Assembly: GCA_046563655.1 (NCBI GenBank)
Contig: CM102288.1
Location: forward strand, 1,302,001-1,366,000
Origin: Yuukianura sp. NJ FZ-2021
Lineage: Eukaryota
DNA length: 64,000 bases
Direction of reading: 5' to 3'
Of this stretch, positions 38,903 to 51,500 are shown in pieces. The first letter of the stretch is position 1. The number at the start of each line of letters is the position of its first letter. Below the pieces are notes generated by a model. It did not search any database and had not been told where the DNA came from. It saw only the letters and a program-made list of their open reading frames with translations. Made by a program: the position numbers and the translations under genes.

Positions 38903-39475
38903 TTATTTAAATACAAAGTACTGATATTTATGTATAAGTTAATAAGTGAAAGTAGTGTAGCGGTTTTTAGTGATTATTATAGAAAAGCTAAAGAAGTTCA
39001 TCGATATCCTACCTCAAATGCATGTAATAATTCTAGAATTAGTTTAGGAAATTTAAATACAAAAGGAAAATATGGTAGTCAAACCTTTCAAGCAAGATCA
39101 ATACAGTTATGGAATGAGTTAGATCAAGAAATATGTAATGCTAGGAGCGTAGCACAGTTTAAGCGTCTCTTAAAAGGTGAGCTAATTAGGAATCAACTTG
39201 AGAAACTTAGTTAATTAATTAGATTTTATGGCCCAACTAAATTATTTTACTGGATTGCTAATTTTAATTACATTAATTATAGTAGTACGTATTTCCAATT
39301 AGTTAGTATATTATTAGTTACCTAGGTATAAAAAAAAAATCATCAACAACCAACAAAATTTAGATTCTAAATTGCGTAAGGCCACATGTGTGGGGGCATT
39401 TAGAATACTGTACAAGAAAGCAAATATTATTACTGAAAATAAATAAATTTGAATTCCTAAAAAAAAAAAAAAAAA
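38903..39475 (+). mobile_element. 5'-truncated non-LTR retrotransposon (CR1/L2-group LINE) 3' end: ORF2 C-terminus, 3' UTR, poly(A)
   Basis: Peptide ...LIFMYKLI...HRYPTSNA...TKGKYGSQTFQARSIQLWNELDQEICNARSVAQFKRLLK... (stop 39214) matches the H-Y-x-T-R / W-N-x-L-P / S-x-x-x-F-K-x-x-L-K pattern of CR1/L2-type ORF2 C-termini; AATAAATAAA then A17 at 39459-39475; boundaries approximate, no clear TSD. Confidence 0.75.
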
Positions 39476-41492
39476 TGAAACAGGATAGAGGAATTTCCAA
39501 ATTGAAAATTTGAAAAAAAAAATTCAAAGAAAAAATTTTTCGGAAGAAGACGTTCTCCTCCGGAACGACTCTTTTGGAGAAAGTCGAGTTTTTGGACACG
39601 CCTTTTCTGGCAAGAAAATGCAGAAAAAGGGGCCGAGCTTCAAATTTTGAAGGAAGAAACTAAGTTTTAGGTTAGGTTTTAGACTATGTTAGGTTTAAAA
39701 TGGAAAGATGAAGCAGGAAGTTCCATTATGTTTTGAGTTCAAAAGCAAACTTGTTCTTCTTCAGAGACGAAGAGGTTTGGAAAGGCAGTGAAAGTAAAAT
39801 TAAAATTATGTAAATGAAAAACACTTTCACTTTCAGATTCCACCAGACACGGGGCTCTTCTGAGAGCTCCGAAGATACAAATGTAATTTCCTGTCCGCCC
39901 ATCAACTCTCCTTTCTCTTTCAAAATGAAATTCTGAAAATCCTTTTGAAATTTTAGACCAAGTAACTAACTAAAATGTAAAATCAAGACAACATTTTCCA
40001 ATACTTCTTCTTCCAAGTACTAGTAAAGTCTCTTCTGGAATTTAATTGTAGAAAATGGAACAAATGCTTTCAGTTTTGTTCAGGAACGTTTTTGGAAATT
40101 CTTATTTGCTTCCTCCTGGTTGAAATTCAAAATGAAATTTATTTCAAAATTCAATTTGAGTTTGACAAGTTGGCATGTCACGTTGACACTTTCTTGTGGA
40201 TCTTACACTTTAATTTATGTCGGACTTGCTTTCACACTCCCTTCCTCTTCCTCAACTTGACGTAAGGTTTGTTAGTAGAGCTGCATGAAGATCAATGAGG
40301 TGTAGAATTCCTTTGATTTTCAAATAATTTCAGACATGTTACAAATTCTCATTTTCTACAAAATAGAGAATTCAGAAGAGGGTTGATTTAATCAAATTCC
40401 ACGCAGGGAAAGAAAGAGTGAAAGCAAGTTTCACTTGATTGGATTCAATTTATTTTGAAAAGAGTCTGAAATTGTTAGTGTCACATCCACACTCTCAGCA
40501 TGAACATTTCGTCAATCCATACATTTTTTGGAAATTTATTAAAAAAAAATAAAAGTGCAAGGAAAGTTTGAAAGGTAAAAAAAAGTAAATTTAAAAAGTT
40601 GTAGTTAAAAAGTTGAAAAAAGGACATATGAGAAAAATTGTTTGGAAATCTGTACCTGATAGTTACTAAATTTGACTTTTTTTGTGAAAATTCTCTTTTT
40701 GCAACCGGAATAAAGTTGCATCAGATTGTACAGCAATTTAAGAACATAAACAGTGAAACTTTTGCCGTAACTACAATAACAATTAACTTTAACTGTTATT
40801 ACTTTTTGTTACTTTGGAAGTGAAGAGAAAGAGGGAAAAGAGAAAGTCGTAACTGTATAGAGAAAAGTGCTTATTTTAAACTTAATTTCTTGTTTTTCAT
40901 TTTGTTTTTGGAAGGGAAGAGTTAAGTTCATTTTCGTTGTGTTTTGGTACTTTGCAGCCCAACCAACTTCATTTTCCCTTACAATTACTTATGTATGGGG
41001 CCCCCATTATTTTCCTGTAATTACTTTCTCCTGTTTTTCCTTCCTTTTTGGAGCCATACACAACTTTCTCCGCATTTTCTAACTATTCCTCTGAAATTAC
41101 TTTCAGAATTTCCAATTACATGCAAATGGGAACAAAACTTTCTCCAAATTGGAAACGACTTGAGCTCCATCCTCCACAATTTCTAATTTACTCTCTCTCG
41201 CCTCCAAGAATCCAAGTCCTTAAAATTTTAATTTTCAACACGGTCGCTACTAAAATTTTGATTACTTTCTACTTTAAATAAATTAACTTCCAGATTCCAA
41301 AATTTTGAAAATTTTCACTGTTTTTGTTTTTTTAGCCTGCGATTACTTACAGCAAACTTTTCAACTCCAGTATTGCGTTAGAAATTTCATGAGAAAAAAT
41401 GTTCGGTGACGAGCTTAGTCAAATTTTAAAAGTTTTTTTTCATGTCCTTGCTTTTGCGACGGATTTTTCAATTCTAGATTAACATTTATCAG

Positions 41493-41550
41493 GTTGAATA
41501 ATGTTAATTATTCAACAATGACGTTCGACATCTGAAGATGTCGAACGTCA
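41493..41550. repeat. Two adjacent perfect hairpins
   Basis: GTTGAATAAT-gtta-ATTATTCAAC (41493-41516) and TGACGTTCGACATCT-ga-AGATGTCGAACGTCA (41519-41550). Confidence 0.9.
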
Positions 41551-44500
41551 ACTGCACTGCGGTGATACTGCTGCAGAGAGAATTAAACTAAAAATGACTG
41601 CCTATGTGACTCCGGCATTTTTTAAAAAACTGAAAACCTGTTTTCTTTCAATTTTTGTTCAGAACAAAATCCACATGACCTCAATGCCTCATTGTTTGTT
41701 ACTTTTGAAATTTCAGTTTGAGGGGTTGGACAGAATTTCTCAAAAAATGGATTGATTTTTTAAGAAATTCGAACTTATATTTAACTACTCATGGTAGGTT
41801 ATTATTAAAACTCGGAGTTACAATAGCACCCTGCCATGCAACGGTGTTCGACAGGGAGTCAAAGCTGTTCTACAACTTACTCACGTCCAATTTTTATACA
41901 AAAAGTGTTCAAACCAGTTCAGAACACTGGATTGCATGTCACTAATTGTAGGATCAAAAATCAAATACAACTAAAAAATGGATTCAAATCGATGGGTTTG
42001 TTCACACTGTACTCATCACCAGTCCCTTCAGAAAGTGTTGACCTGTCTAGACGTCTCGGTACTTACTGTCAACGAATTTTTCAAAATTTTGAAACTGTTG
42101 CGTGATCAGTGTTTGTTCTGTCTTGAAATAACGGGTTATTTCTTGTGCCTCAATTTCTTGTTCAGTACAAAATCTAATTTATTCTGTTCAGATTCTGTTT
42201 TGAGTGAGATAATGGATCTAAAGAAGCTCTGAAATCTCGTGCTTTGTGTAAGGAAAGTTTGAATAGAAGAATAAATATTTTGAAAGTGGAAGCAGACGTG
42301 TCTTTCATCTTTCAAAAGAGAAAGTGACATCGTCGTTGTGTATAATGAGGTGATTTCTGATGAGTTTTCTCCTGACAAAGACAAAGTCTGATGAGGACTT
42401 TGTTCTTCTTGGAATTTTCGAATTTTGGAGAAAATGAGGAGATTTGAAAAGAACAAAAGACGTGCATTGTCTGAAGCACTTTCATCAACTCTCTTCTTCA
42501 ACTTCAATTTGAATTGTTTCGAAAATGATGAAAATGTGAAATGTGAAGAGGCGAAAATGATGAGAACTCTTATTCAGTTCCAGTTTATTTTTCCTCAAAG
42601 GAACTTCGGATAGAAATTGATTTTTTTAAGAGCAAGTTTTTTGCATTGCTATTTTTTTTCTTCAAGGATCGAAATTTAAGATTCCCCTCATGTGAGGCTT
42701 AAAAAACTTGTGAAAGAAATAAATTGGAAGAAGAAGAAGGGGAAGTGGATGGCGTGTGTCTGGATTTGGCAGGAGCGGGACTAAGAAGAGTCGGAAGAAC
42801 CCGAATTCGGGTAGGGAGAGGGGAGAGGCAGCAGTGTTTGAAGAAATCGGAGAAAGTTGTCTCCCCCTCCTCCGAACGCCCGGATTTTACAAGAACGAAA
42901 CCATGAAAAATGGGGATCCAAGAAAGGAAGAGGAGGGGAGAAAGTCGGCTTCCATTCTTTCTCATCCTGCGCATATTCTCGGGCGCACAACACTCGCAAG
43001 GTAAAATTTCTCCCATGTTTTGAAATCTTAAACTTAAAAGAGAACTTTGATTCATATAAATTTTATTTTGTATAAATTGAATGTCGAATTTTGAAAAAAT
43101 GAGGGAAAATTAAGCTAAAGTTCAACGCCAGTGACAAGAAAGAGTTCAATCCCGCAAACTAGCAAAAAAAAAACTTTTGACAGTCAAACTTTAATTTTAA
43201 TTCTAACCGGCGTTTAAATTATTTGTAAAATTTTTCGATTCATCAACTTTTCAGAAACGCCTAACGTCAGTAACTTCCGAAGCAGTTTGTTTTAAAATTT
43301 AGAAAAGTACAGCTTTTGCTTAAAGATGTAAATTTTAATTTTGGGTTTGATTTGAAAGTGCTAGGTTACGTTGGACAGAGTTCTGGTTTTAATATTCCTG
43401 GGAAACAGATTTTGGAAAATTGTACTTTGAAGATGGATTTGATGCAACATGTGGATTTATGAAGGTGTCCTTTGGCCTTGAATGCTTTTCAAATTGTGAA
43501 ACTTGAATGCAGTCAATGGAAGACCAGTTTTTGGTCCATTCGAGTCCACTCAACCCGCTTTCCTCTCAGTTCCCGTTATGAATCTGTGGGAATGCACATG
43601 GAAGTGTGTAGATATTTTCACAAAAAGAACTCATCTCGTGAAGCACGTACACTCGCTCTCATGATCTCTTTCCCAAATCAAAACAAAAGCTTCCTTTATT
43701 CCACAAAATGGTGATGGACACTCACATTAGGTTTTTAGAACTGGTCAACAGTTGGCAAAAAAAAAACTGCTCTTTTTTGAAAAATGGTTTTTCTAAACAG
43801 AGAGATTAGACATAGGAAATAGGATCCCTTCCGTCCAGTTCCGTCCGTGTGAAACAAAAATTTGAACAAAAATTTTTGTTGATCATTTCCATTCAATTGA
43901 AAATCTGGTTGGGTGAGTTTCATTTTTCTCAGGAAAGATGAAAGCTTGAGAAATTTTCATTGATTTACAACAGGAAGCTCAAAAAATTGTGTCATTTTTT
44001 AGTAGTAAAAATAAAATTCGGTTTTTCAAAAAGAGTTACGAACCGGTTACTGGCCTTTCAATGTCCTCGGCCAACCAATGTCCAGATCTTTAAAAATTCT
44101 GTTTTGAAAAGCATACCGTTACGTTTTCTAAAAAATGTGATGATGATGGAGACGGCTTGAACTGAACTTTTTCTAAGGCTGTTCAATAAGAATCTACTTT
44201 TTTCGTTTCTTTTCTAAAGTCCAAGTTTTACCGTTAAGAAAACCAGCTTCCGCTGGAGTTCTGATTGGTTGAGAAGCAAAACTGAGTCCACCCAGGCAAT
44301 TGTTTCTTGATCCAGAACTTTTCTGAGGTCCAGTGTATCGTATACGGTAAAAGAATTGCATTTCTTAGGATTTGAAGCATAAGGATTTTTCCTTTCCCTA
44401 CTTTCAGTTGCATCACAACCGTAACTTTTTCAGTTTCATATTTTTATTGAACGTCTTCAGTAGTCTTGCTGCGGCGGAACTGTTTCAAACAGCTACATTT

Positions 44501-44851
44501 TTGACCAAGTTCTTACGAAATTTAGTTTTCAGAATTTTTTGAATTTCATAACTTGCATTTTTTGGATTTTCTGTTAACAATATTTTTTTTTTATTGAAAA
44601 CCAGTTATTGTGACAAGATTTTACATTTTTACCTGCGTCGTCTCATTTTCCCCATTTTTGAAAAATTAGATTTGCTAAGACCCGCGAAATTTTAAATTTT
44701 AAGGTGAATGACTTTGTGTAAAAACATAAACAAAAACAAAGGACGGCTCAAAACTTTTCAATTTTCACAAAAACAGTTTTTCTTGTACAGTGTACATTTG
44801 TAAAGTACTAATTAATCAATTAATTGCGAATCTTTGGCAACACTAATCAAC

Positions 44852-45578
44852 TGACGTCATGTACTTCCTACCTCAGCAACCGCCCACTACACTTCCGATG
44901 GACATCGCTCAAGTACAGGTCAGCAAAAAACGTTTCTTTTTCGTTTCTCTCTCTGTCTCTACTTCTCCCTAGTTTCCCCATTCATACTTGACCTCTTGAC
45001 CCTGACCTCACTAGTTTGTCTCAGAATTGGCAAGTTTCAGTCCATTTGACATTGGTCAAGTATAGATCAACATAAAAACGTTTCGTTGTCGTCAGTCTTT
45101 ACTTCCCCTGTTGCCTCCAGTGACTTTGTGTCATTGACCCCATAAGTTTGCCTGAATACGGGCAATTTCAAGTTTGTTCCGATCAAGTATCATCAAGTAT
45201 CATCAGATTCAACTGTCATAACGGTCATCTAGTCCCTCTTATGGCTCGTGTCACTTCAGGGGTCCGGGTCAGACACGGGCCGGAGCCAGTGTTGTCGGGG
45301 TAACAACTTCCTTTTTAGATTTTCAGTATTCAGTACAACCTGTACCAGTTCAAGACAAATTTAAAAGGTCAACATCCCTCTGTACATCGAGGGTTGATCG
45401 TTCCCCCTAAGATGGGGAAAGCTCTCATTTGAATTTCAAAGAAACTAATAAGTTAGGGTGAATTCCTTAAGGGTGAGGGTTGAGGGTAAGCTTAGAAACA
45501 GGTGAATGACACACGAAGACATTCTGTCCAAGTACTCCCTTGTAGATCCAAGAAGGGCGAGGGTGACCCTTGAGGTCA
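44852..45578. promoter_or_regulatory. Candidate nuclear-receptor-responsive enhancer
   Basis: Nine RGGTCA/TGACCY half-sites in ~660 bp, including an EcRE-like IR1 (45128-45140), plus a CRE TGACGTCA (44852-44859); function inferred. Confidence 0.4.
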
Positions 45579-48500
45579 CAGTGTGTCTCATCTTCTTTTG
45601 TGACTCATCCCTATGCTATTTTTCTTGAAGAAAGATCATCCATCCCCCTCCTGGAGCCCATAAAATTCATGGTTCAAGGGGGATGTTTTCTAGTGGGGTG
45701 AAAGTTTTATTAAAGAAGAGGGTAAATTAACTTCAGATGGAATTTCAGCAGTAGCAAACTCTGCTGTAACTAAATTTTGAAATGCCCGAGGGGTTTGGTT
45801 CAGAATTAAAATTAGAATGAGTTTTGGACTGCTGAAGCCTGAAACTTTCTCTTCTCTTGTGAAATGTGAAAGTCTCTGGGAAATTTTCTGTAATTTGAGA
45901 GCTGAGATGAGAAAAGAGCCGGAAGTCTTGAAAATGTTTGGAAATGAGAAAAGCCATTAGAGAAAGGTTTCCTTTTTAGAAAGTTTGTTAGGTCTCTTCT
46001 GGATTCTGGAAGCTCCAGCTACTCTGTTATAGTCGTAGCTACGTTCTCATTATCTTGGTTTCCCTGGAGGACTTTTGGGCCTTATTAGGCAAAGGAAACT
46101 GAAAACTCATCAGGAATAGGAAGAGAAAGTTTTGTCTTTGTGATAAAATTAGTTTAAGCCCACAAGAAAAGTCTTTCTCTTTTGTTTTCTCCTGCCAGAG
46201 GGAAACCTAATCCAAAAGCCCAAAACTTTGTTCTGTCTGATGGAAACTTGGGATTGGAGAAAATGTTAAAGTGAATAGTGAAAGTAGTAAGTTTAAAGTA
46301 TCTTCACTTTATAAATAATGCATGATATTCTGCTGGAAACTAACTGGAAACCGTGCTCTGAATAATACGGAAAGATAAGAACCCAAAGTAATATTTCATG
46401 TCTCCGTCTAAGCTCCTTTTTCCTCCCTCAACTTTCTCTCAAATAACAATCCAGAATTTTCAGTTTTCGGTATTACTTCAGCCTAACCACGCTCTTGTGA
46501 ATTTAAATGAAATTTCAATTGCAGTTAATCCTACTTCTAGCATATCAAAAATTATTTTTTTAATTCAAATCAAAATCACAAAATCAAATATGTAGGTAGT
46601 AATTTTCATTCTAACTCTGCATTATTCTAACATGTTCGACTTCAGTTGTATCTGATGTTTCATTCAAAACTTGATCAATGTAAGATAAATTATTTATGCG
46701 CAGTTAAAGTTAGACAACACCAAAAATAACATGGAATGAGTATGCGATTTGATTTGCAACTGCACAACTGCAGGTTTTCATATTTTGAAATTTAACAACT
46801 TGCATTTGCAAAATTCTTGTTCCAAACCAAAAAGTGAAATTGATAGAGGGTTTCTAAATTTTAGCTTTCACTTATTTTAACTAAAAACTGGACTGGACTG
46901 TTAGTTTTTGAACTGTAATTTTAATTTTTGAATTTATTTACTTGTTATTTATTCTCAAAACAATCATAATCCTCACATGCGGAAAGTCATGGTTGGTTAT
47001 TGCGTAATTTTCGGATTTAGTGTCACTTCCGCTCGATTCCGGAAGTTCCGTTATGCTGTAGTAGTTGATGACTACCGGAATTTAAATTTAAGATGCTCAA
47101 ATCCTGTCCTTTCTCTTCCAAAATTAGTTTCGGAAAATGTAAAAGATTTTAAGCTAAGTAGGAGCTGAAATGAAGGAAGAAAGTCTTTAGTCTTTTGTTC
47201 GCTCCGATGCTTTTAAGCAAATAAGTCAAAAGGAACGGAAGATGGGGGAAAAGAAAAATGGCGGCGATGGAGGGAAAGTTTGAAAACTTCGGCCATTTCT
47301 CCCTTTCACTTGAGCTCCCCCCGCCCTTTAGTACGGGCTTTCTCGTCTCCAAGGAGAAGTGAATAGAACTTCAGAAACTAAATTGAGAAAGTTTTTGGAA
47401 GAGAAAGTTGAATGTCTTAAAATTCTGCATATTTAATTCCTTTCACTTTCCTGTTTTTCCAAAAAGTCTTTTCAAATCCTGTGGTTTTGGGCTCTAAGCC
47501 TTGTCGTAAAATTACGGGAGACGGCTAGGGAGAGAACCCAACAAAATGCCAAACTTTCACTTTCCCAAAACTAAATTAAATTTTATACAAAATTCATTTC
47601 AGACTAAGCATAGAAACAGTAGGGGACCAAAAACTTTCTCTTTTTGCCTCAGCAGTTCAGGCTCCTTTTCCAATAGTTCATTTCTCAATCACCGAAGTTC
47701 ATTTTCGAAGGAGGTTTTTGAAATTTTATGGTTGTGGCAGGGGCTTTCTGGTTTTGAGTTTCATTTTCAGAAAATACTTTTGAATTTTCTAATTTTCTTG
47801 GCCAGACGAGTACGGTTGGATAACTTTCATTCGCTAGAAAATACGGTCGATATGGCTTTTATTTTTTCAAGTGGCGTTGAAGTATTTCGATGGAAAAAAT
47901 GGTATTTCCTTGCCTATTAAGCCCTTCTTGTGTGTAAAATTTCAAAAAATAGGAGAAGACATTTTTTTTCAGTGAAACTGAAGTTGTTTTGCTAATCCTG
48001 TGCACAAATTGTACGGAAACATACTGTATTCTACTCTAAACTGTCGTAGTACTAAAGTCTTAAATTTTCACTTAGGAAATTAAAGTTTTCAGTCTTTGAT
48101 TATTTTTCTTAATTTTTCACCAACTTTGGTAATGTTTTTAGACTGATAGTTTTCTCCTTCTGCAGTAAAAGCGATTATTGATTGGGAAAGTCATCTTAGG
48201 AGTAGTTTCTGAACGTGAATCTTTACATTTGCGGCGGAATGCTTTAGAACTCTTTTCCTCGGAAACATTGGTCTCAGACTGGGTAAGAAGGGTGGAGTTT
48301 TTCAGTTTTCGGATCCGAGATTTTGTCCAATGGGAGTTCGTGCTAGGCCTCCCCTCCTTCCAAGGAACTCCCTAGCATTTGCCCCACACTTTCAAAAAGA
48401 CTTCCTCTTCTTTTGAATTTGAGAGAGCAGTAAAGGATTGAATTGAAGGGAGACAGTATAGGGGAAGGTTCTTAAAAAGAAATGATTCATTTTAATGAGG

Positions 48501-51500
48501 AGTCGAGGGAATTGGAAGTGAAAGTGAGAGGCTTCACGAGATTTCATTTTGTCTGGTTGATTGAAGTGAGAGAAACTTCATTAGAGACACTTACTTGAAA
48601 GGGAGATGGTGAAATAAGGGACAGCCCCTGGAATGTAAACTTATGTTTAAAATGGTCGTCAATTCTCAATTTTCAAAAGAGAAAAGAGAGGGAGAGTGGG
48701 TGAAAGTGAGAAGAGTTAGTAGATACCTTTAATTAATTTTAATTAAGTCTACTATCCACATTTGGAAATTTCGAAAGAGAAAGCTGGCTTTCTTCTATAA
48801 TTTGAGCGTGTGCGATTTGAAATTGTGAGGGGAAATGAGTATTTTTTGTAATTTGTTACTACGTATTATTAGAATTAAAATTTTCAGAATTCAGATTAGC
48901 TGTTGTAGCGAAAAATTCTGAATTCCTTTCAATTAAGAAAATACAAAGTTTGCTTGTAGGAGTATCACTCCGTTTATAAAAATTACAGAAATTCTGACGC
49001 CATATTTTAACACGAAATTCCAGTTTGAACGAAGTAAACCTTGTTTCCAGTTGGCGTTGAAAATAATTAAAGTATTTTAAATGATAAGTTGAAGGTGGGA
49101 ATTAATTAACTAAGTTTGGAGTTGTAGGCTTTGGGTTAGTATTGTGTAGTTTGTCGCTAGATGTGTCTGTAGGTACTTCGAACAGAAGGGAAAGTAAACT
49201 TATTCCTGGTTGCGTCCTGTTTCTGGTTTCTCCTTTCATCGGAAAGAGGGTTCTCGGTTCGTTAGGTTAGGGCTCATTTCAAAATTTGGAAGTTGTTTTA
49301 TTCCTCAATGTTCACACGTGGGATGCAATAAGAAAACAACTTGAAAGAAAAATTGACGTGAAAATGTCATTTAACAGTTTCATTTTGATTTTTTTCTGAG
49401 TCTATCTGTTAAAATTTACGACGAAACTTTTTGTTGTACTTTCAAAGTAAATCCATTAGCTGGGGATTACAGCCAGTGAAAAATCACCAACTTAACTTAA
49501 TTTGTTTTTAGAATTTGTATTATAGTTCTCCTGTAGTTCTCCTGTATTGCGAGATTCTGTTTTAGTTTCCGTCGTTGAAGATACAGTGCACATTATTACA
49601 TAGTAAAGGAATAGGAAATTAGGAAATATTAAAATATTTTATAAAATTTAAATATTTAAATTTAAAAACAAATTATCCATTTCACGTTGCGTCGAACTCG
49701 AGAAATTGTGGCATTTTGAGACACGTCCAAGACGAGGCTAAACGACTAAAACACTAGAAGAGTTTTCATAAAAGTTGAAACTGAAGATCTCTTCAAGTGT
49801 AAAAACGAAAACTGATTGAGGAACTCCTGTTCCTGGAAATACACGTTAGGAGGTAAAAGAGTATGTAGTGAGTCGTGACGATATTCCGGGATTCGGGTAG
49901 TCTTGTTTTCTTGTTCAGTGTTTAATGAAATAGGAAATCATGAGGCTCTCCATGTTCTAACTTTCGTTTTCTTCAAAGGATGTTCAGAAATTTCAGTAGT
50001 TTAAAAATTAACGCAAGAGTAGAAGTGGTTTTTATGAAAAGCGTTCTTCCAGCTAAACGGTTTTATTAAACAGCCTAACAACAGTATGCTTTCACCGGTG
50101 CGATACCAAACACCGCCGCGGTGTTCAAAAAGACTTTGTCACGTTCAAACTCTTTGACAATTAAGAACGATCCATTTCACTTGAGGAAACTCCAGGACGA
50201 ATCGCTCATTATTTTCCTCCTTTTGGCTATGAAATATTGGAAACATCACTTTAGTCTTCCTACGTTTAGTCACATACTACACCTTGTCATCAGCGATGAG
50301 CATTAGGATTGGGGCTGGAACGAGCACTGCTGGTTTTAAAACAGGAGTGACTCTAAAAGCTCAAAGTCAAACAAAGCGTTTCCAACTTTTCCGGGAGATC
50401 TAAAATGTGATCTAGGAAGTGCAGTCTTTTGTTTAAGATTGGACTTTGGATTGAAGAGCATATTGGATAATATTAAGAAACTTTTGAGTTAAACTTAGGC
50501 AAAAGTGAGCGCAGGGAGAAGCTTTTTTAAGAAGAGACGCTGCTGTTTGCTATTTGAAGGGGGAGAAAGTTGATTGCAGCAGGGAATTCGGGATTTAAGG
50601 AAGACTTTGAACAATGGAAAAAGGAGGAAAATGAGAAAAATAATAAATTGCATAAGAAGCTATCCAGAACTAGACTTTCCCTTGGTCTGGAACTTTAAAG
50701 CTTTATTTTCATATGAAAAATGAGCATGGGGGGAAATAATAGTCAATTATGACTATGAGGGGGCTAGAGGAAAATAAATTGAGTTTTTGACGTTCGTAAT
50801 TGGATCATTTTGGAAGAGAAGATTGAAATCAGGGATTTTCAACGGCTAGGAATCTCCAAAAATAGACTTGCAAAAAAAATCTGGTTTTGGAAAAAGTAAT
50901 TCAAAAAGTTTTTGTTGAAGTTTTAAATTTTGGGCATTGACGGAAATTTTTCGTTTTTAATTTGCAAATTTTGTCGTACCAAATACCAAGAGAAAACTGA
51001 AGCCTTGTACAAATTGCTTAATTTTTATAACTTATATAAATTTTAGCTACCTTAAAATTTTAACTTTAAACTTTATTTTTCATTTTGGGCTTATATAACC
51101 TAATCTAACGTAAACTCTTGCTTTTTCTGAAAGTAATTTAATTGAAACTGACGAAATTAGATTTAACTTAACCTATGGATTGAAATGAGAAAAAGAATTC
51201 GGAAGTGAAGGGATTCTTTCACATCGGCACGTAGGAACTTTGTTCTTTGAGAGTCTTTTGAATGGAAAACCAGTTTTGACCTACGGCATCTGCACGACGG
51301 ATCTTTGAATATAAAAGCTTTTTCCATTTCACATGAGAGTGACCAAACAAAAATACCCGCCAAAAGATAAAAATAAAACCGGAAAACCGGTCTGGTCACT
51401 CTCTTTCGGCGGCACAGAATGTTTCTCTTTTGAATAGAAATGCTTTTTTTGAGTCCAAAAATCTCTGGCGTCTTTCTTTCAATTTCTCGTTTTGAATAGA

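Noticed and set aside
42699..43075. Cluster of overlapping ORFs in a purine-rich island
   Set aside because: Low-complexity composition opens several frames on both strands; no recognisable protein
44231..44397. Protein-like minus-strand open stretch (…TVYDTLDLRKVLDQETIAWVDSVLLL…) as an exon of a second gene
   Set aside because: Acceptor lacks a pyrimidine tract, and I found no recognisable homology or partner exons
10905..50123. Identical 14-mer ACACCGCCGCGGTG at 10905 and 50110
   Set aside because: Flanks do not extend the match, and some 14-mer repeats are expected by chance in 64 kb
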